A DNA stretch of 62,993 nt, the filler included, from Hyphochytrium catenoides (taxonomy: Eukaryota > Protista > Hyphochytriomycota), in NCBI GenBank assembly GCA_900088475.1. It is 11 parts of 11 records of this genome, joined end to end, with 100 filler letters (N's around TTAATTAATTAA, not from the genome) between each part and the next. Parts side by side here need not be neighbours in the genome. Positions count along the whole stretch, not along the records: positions 50,511 to 61,817 come from FLMG01004373.1; positions 61,918 to 62,993 come from FLMG01002738.1; 9 more parts are not named here. The stretch is one strand, 5' to 3'. A model generated the notes under the pieces. It was not told the origin of the DNA. It worked only from the letters and a program-made list of their open reading frames with translations, and made no database searches. Position numbers and translations under genes: made by a program. This document shows, piece after piece, positions 57,481-62,993 of the stretch. Position 1 is the first letter of the stretch; every line of letters begins with the position of its first letter.

Positions 57481-60352
57481 GGCAAGAGAGGAAGAGAAGA
57501 GGGAGACGAGGCTGTAAATCCAAGAGAGAGAGAGAGGCAGAGAGAGAGGGAAGGAGGAGAGAGGGAAGGAAGAGAGACTGCTGGCAGACAGTCAAGAGCG
57601 CTATCGTGGGCTCATCTGGGGAAGGCTTGCCTAGCAAAGGAGTCTCTCCGGCGCTTGCCCTCGAGGAGAGATGCTTGCCATCATCTTCTTCCTCCCACAG
57701 CTTCCGGCCGGAGTGAGGTAGAGAAGAAACGCTCCGGGAAGTGGAAAGAGAAGGAGAGAGAGTGAGATTATTGCTTATAGAGAGGCTCGGTAGGATCTGG
57801 GATTCTGAAGTCTGAGGCAAATTGTCTTGCGCTTCCAAAGGGAGAGAGCGACGAAGATATTGACACAGAACAGACACAAGAGAGAGAGACGCATGCCAAA
57901 TAAGCGATGGAAGATAGGATGTANNNNNNNNNNNNNNNNGAGAGAGAGAGAGAGAGAGAGGGAGGGAGAGAGGGAGAGAGAGAGAGAAAGAGAAAGGGAA
58001 GAGAGGAGAATCCATCTGAAGCAAATGATCCGATGAGAATAACAGCCGAGGAAATACAAGATAAACAGCTGTAGACAGCAAGAGGAGACACAGATGATCC
58101 GCGAGATATATATTCCTCATATATCTCGTGCTTTATCCTACTAGACAGAGTGACGACGAGAGATGAAAAGGTGTAGGAATGAGAAGCTGAGCGGAAAGGT
58201 TCTGCCCGCGCTGTTGCTCTAAACACATGATCATCCGGATAGAGTCTGGGTTTGGAAAGCTATACTTGTGTCTGCTTTGGCCTTATATAAATGAGTGCGT
58301 TATTTAGGAGCCAGGACGTATGTGTGACCCACGTCTCTATTCCAATTCGACAAAGACAAGACAGAAGCGCCGTGGGGGCCGGCACTGCAACTTGAGAGTA
58401 ATAATATTGGATATTGTGTATAATGTCTACTGAATCTGATAGTAGTACCCTCAAAAGACTATCTAGCCGTTGAAGGTCATTTGGCCATTCTAAGGAATCC
58501 TACAAGCCGTATTTAGAATAATTGCCATTGGAGTTATTCGCCAGTCAGTCAGACCGTAAGCCAGAGAGACACAGAGGACACAGAGGAACAGACAGGAGAC
58601 AGAGAGAGACATGAGACATAAGAGAGAGCAAGAAGAGACCAAGTGAGAAAGAGAGAAAGAGAGAGAAAGAGGAAGAGGGGAAGAAAGAGAGCCATCAGAG
58701 AAAGCGAGAAAGAGAGGGTGAGAAAGAAAGAGAGAGAGAGAGACAGAGAAAAAGAGAGATATAGAGAGAGAGAGAGAGAGAGGAAGAGATCGAGAGAGAG
58801 AGCAATCATGCCCAGAAGTTTCTTGGCAGAGTAATCCGAAGTAACTTTGTACCAGGACTTTGCAGAAGATAGACCCACAAATGGGAGACAGGGAGTAAGT
58901 AGCCTTTACATAACGAAGCAGAAGGAGACGGGAGAGTTGGAACCCATCAGAGACGAGTAGACATAGAGTTGCAATTGAGTTGAGACTATGAAGCGGACAA
59001 GAGGTTTACCCAGCTCCTTGAGGATCTCACTGATGAGTGCCTACCATCCTCAAAAGACAAGCGTTAGGAGAGTACGGCACAGCCCAGTCCCCATACAAGC
59101 GCTTCAGGCCGGCTGTTTTGATTTGCCTGCTTGCCTGTAATCAAGCGCAAGAGAGTCTGCAGGGGCAGCCTATCATGAGGGCAACTGTTCCGTTGAATAC
59201 ATTAGGGGAGCACCTGCACTCCGCGGGCTGACGTATTATTAAGATAGTACTCCTCGCTGAGGCAATGTTCGTTGATGACATTGCCCTAGAAAGCCTTGAG
59301 CCAGATTAACACGCCCAGTGGCCCGAGGATAATCAACTGCTTCTTGCGGACGCTGCTCGTCTGGCAAGTGATCTTCCCACCACCACGGCAGGATCACGTT
59401 AATGTCCCAGCAGCATCGAAAGACGATGCCTATCTATCTGACGATTGTTAACTTCTAGGGCCACTGTACTGCTGGGGCTACCTGCCAAGTAGTCGAGCAT
59501 CCTCATGCACATTCCAAGTTAAAGAGAAGAGCTTCCTCGGCCGAAGCTCCAAGAAGCCATTGTTTTGTCTATCGATCTATCGTCTTCCCAAAAAGCAGTG
59601 CAAGAGCTCTGAGTAAAGCTTTCAGAACCACAGTCAAAACTCTGCAACAATATAAGTGCATTCCAAATAGACTTTCGAAAGTCTCAATAAATTGTGAAAT
59701 AAGCTGTGCTATATTTGGAAGACACATCCTGTATAGCCGCTAACGACCTCCTGCAGGTGGCTTTCCCGCCAAAGGTTGAAGTTTTTAGCTGTTCCCGCCA
59801 CTCTGAAGCGTTATCTTGGTTCAGATGGAGACTCCACATTCTGAAGCTTCGTTATCGGCTTTTTTTGACTCCACTACTTCAGCTCCACTGCTAGGTAATG
59901 AAGGGAGCGGACTAGTTAGGCATGAGTACGTAGAGTGACTCCTCAAGGCTTCTCCTGGAATGAAGCAGCAATGAGAAGGGAGAGGCCGACTGAATGCCAA
60001 GCGGGCATCGAAGAAGGAACTCCAGGGAAGGTCAATGGGTCTAAACATGAATAACCCGGGAAGCTTCAGACAGCCACAGGCCACTCGGGCCTTTAGCCCA
60101 CACAGATTCTACCCCAACGCTGTCGTCAACAGGAACGCCGTGGCACCAAACAGGTAAAAGGAGAGAAAGATCTCAGACCAAAATCCTCTCTTCCTGGTGC
60201 CTTTTGGGGCCGATGTCAGGACACTCCTTGATCGTTTCTCCTACTCTGTTGCTTGGGATCTTCGGAACAACTGACTCGTAGTCATCTCCCAAAATTTCTT
60301 TCACTCCTCTTTCTCTGTCTCTCGTTAGCAACATTCTCTCTCTCTCCAGCTA

Positions 60353-60398
<46 letters not shown>

Positions 60399-60989
60399 GC
60401 TCTTTTGCTGTACCAGAGTAAAGGCTGTCTTAAATCTCTAAGGTGATGTTTTCCTTTCTCAGCTCATTGGTTCACTTCAGTCTGACGGAGACAATCAACG
60501 CCCTGGACGCCGAGGGAGTGTTGGACTGCTGTTTCCTTACCACCTTCCCGGTTAATCTCAGGTTATTGTGAAGCCTATTGGCCACTCGGTCTTGATGTCC
60601 CACTTCGTTCTGCATCATTTTTCCTCTCTCTCTCTCGCTCTCTCGCTCTCTCGCTCTCTCTCTCGCTCTCTCTCGCTCGCTCTCGCTCTCTCGCTCTCGC
60701 TCTCGCTCTCTCGCTCCTTCTGTCTACTTGTCTCTTTTCTAGTTAAAACATTGCCCTTTACTTTGTAGTGTCGCTACCTCGCCTATCTCCAAACTTACTT
60801 GTTTTCTATGTCTCTCTCTCTCTCTAATCCTCTTCCGGGGGACTTGGCAGGTGGCTTTTAAAGGAATGCCCGTGCTTTAGAAGGCCGAGGAATCCGATTC
60901 CCCTCTTGATTGTCCACGGAGACAAGCGGCGCATAGAATGTGTGCAGCTATCATCATCTTCATCCAAGTGCGCGCCAAAGAAGCTCTGT

Positions 60990-61160
<171 letters not shown>

Positions 61161-61766
61161 TGTGTGTGTTTTTCTCTCTATCTCTGCCTGTTGCCTATCT
61201 TTCTGTCTCTGTATGTATGTACGTGTCTCTTTCTGCTTGATCCTTGCTCAGCCTCTCGTCAGCCAATGCTCTTTATATCATCCTCTCGTTCCCCATCTCT
61301 CGTCTCTTTGGTAAGTCCCTTTTTAGCCAGCCCCTCCGCCCGTCTTTCTCTTGACCTCTGTCTGGCTCCTTTCATGTTCTGCTCCACTCCTCACTATAGG
61401 AGCAGCGCTGCTGGCCTCACCACCTTGAGTTATGCCTGTGAAGCCGCAGATTCAGACAGGTCGGCTGCGGTACTCTCTCTCTCTGTCTCTCTCTCTCTCT
61501 GTCCTCCTTCACCTTCACGGACTGTAAGGTCTGTCTCTATCTGTGTGTCTCTCTCTCTTGCTGTCTGTGTGTTGTGCGGCTGCTCTCTTTGTTCTCTCTT
61601 GCTCACTCTTAACGCTTTCTCTCCTCGCCCCTCCCCCCGCCTTTCTTTTTCATGTCTCTCCCTCTGTCTTATCCTCTGGGTCTTTTCTCTCTCTCTCTCC
61701 TTGCCTAACTCTTTTGCTCTATCTCGCGTCCCTTTCTCCCCTTTCTCATTGCTCCATTTAACCCCA

Positions 61767-61811
<45 letters not shown>

Positions 61812-62136
61812 AAACAGNNNNNNNNNNNNNNNNNNNNNNNNNNNNNNNNNNNNNNNNNNNNTTAATTAATTAANNNNNNNNNNNNNNNNNNNNNNNNNNN
61901 NNNNNNNNNNNNNNNNNGAGGTGACGCACTTCTTTTAGCATCTTTATGCTTAACCGTTTACCCTTAATCCTTCTTTCAAATACTGAGTTATTGCTCTTCT
62001 CGGGGCACAAAATCCTCTGCTTAGCAGCCATGCTTTGCTTCTGTCACTGCTCTTTCTGAGACTCCCTCTTGGTATAGGACTGCTTTCCGTCATCATCAAG
62101 GTGGCTCTCTTGGACAGAAGTCGGAGAGCCATGACA

Positions 62137-62405
62137 GTGTGAGGGCGGATTCATCAGGAGACGGACAAGACTCGGACTTAGCACACGACGCTCTCACGTC
62201 GTCTCCTGTTAAAAGCGAGGTTAAAAGCGAGGTAGTCAAGGAGACCATGCACGACATGCGAAAGCGGGAGCTACACGATGTGGCCCTCGTTTCAATATCC
62301 GGAGGATACAGAGACAGATTAATTTCTTCCAGAACCACAGAAGTGGAGGTAAGCCTAAGAGATGGAACAGAATGTCTTTATCATGTAGGGCAGCGTATGC
62401 CTTGA
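62137..62405 (+). CDS. Possible terminal exon of an unknown gene
   Basis: Non-repetitive, protein-like open frame (DSDLAHDALTSSPVKSEVKSEVVKETMHDMRKRELHDVALVSISGG..) near the contig start. No recognisable domain. Confidence 0.3.
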
Positions 62406-62993
62406 ATGGAAAAGCAGAAGAAGGCGAAATAAGGAAATAGTGGTAATGTCGTAGAGCAAAGAAGTGTAGCGATGCATTCATGTTGGCAAATTAAGAGAGG
62501 CAGCAAACAGCTTTGGCACTTCGGTCCTGGCACGTGTTACACTCTCAGGACTCTTGTCGGTCCGCTTTTATCTATCTCCTCCATCTATACCCATGACTCA
62601 CCTTGCTCTGTCAATTGCCGTGCCCACACTCTCCGCCTCAGGGTCTCATTCCTCCAGAGGCAGGCTTTTCTGTCCTCTCATCCTCTCTTCCCGGCTTCGG
62701 CTTATCGGTGGATCACCTCTGTCAGCTTTGGTGTAAGCAGCTCATTTCCAAGGTTACCCAGGCCATCATCGACGGACTGGATACTCACATTCCTACGGTA
62801 AGTCGGAAAGTAAAGTACAATTAGAGAGATAAGGGCTTCAATAGTCAGTAGGATATGAGTAGCGAATCCGGCAGGAATACCTTGGGAGGTAGGCGGCGGA
62901 ATCCTTAGAGGCAATCTGTCTCAATTTGCCTTATTGGTGCAGAAACTCTCTCTGCTCTCCAAACGAGTGGAAGCTTTCCGCAGCCACTTGCTG

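Noticed and set aside
58102-58128. Perfect 10-bp hairpin CGAGATATAT-N7-ATATATCTCG (and the 16-bp palindrome at ~59669-59684)
   Set aside because: Short, partly AT-repeat and isolated. It could occur by chance and has no linked feature.
59482-59568. Selenoprotein exon: AG..GT-bounded minus-strand frame TKQWLLGASAEEALLFNLECA-TGA-GCSTTWQ
   Set aside because: The most plausible next exon hits another stop after 11 codons. No upstream exon or SECIS was identified, and 58800-60150 has stops in all frames. It is more likely decayed or non-coding sequence.

Overview
This is eukaryotic (protist) nuclear DNA. The channel, NHL/LCCL/EGF and HA-repeat proteins look stramenopile/oomycete-like, which is an inference. 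The window is not one locus. Ten N-flanked TTAATTAATTAA linkers join about 11 unrelated contigs, so adjacency across a linker carries no information. Most genes have GT-AG introns filled with (CT)n on the sense strand, which generates most of the spurious 'SLSL/RERE' ORFs in the track. Recognisable genes: a partial four-domain voltage-gated Ca/Na-type channel, an SSRP1/Rtt106-like PH-domain histone chaperone, an intronless 8x helicase-associated (HA)-repeat protein, a 3R-type MYB, a syntaxin-like SNARE, a secreted NHL-LCCL-EGF protein, a membrane-anchored A1 aspartic protease, a Trm11-like tRNA methyltransferase and a cyclin Y. Mobile DNA: a pogo/Fot1-like DD35D transposase split by a single +1 shift at a stop codon, and a 10.6-kb contig of decayed elements (copia RT/RNaseH, tyrosine recombinase, probable LINE remnants). 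That contig also holds an intact C2H2 + OrsD/DUF3505-like zinc protein with a duplicated upstream region and a ~60-bp tandem array. Best leads: the frameshift-split transposase, the OrsD-like ORF with its repeats, the S-D-E channel filter and the possibly mitochondrial HA-repeat protein. No CRISPR array, rRNA or tRNA could be supported.
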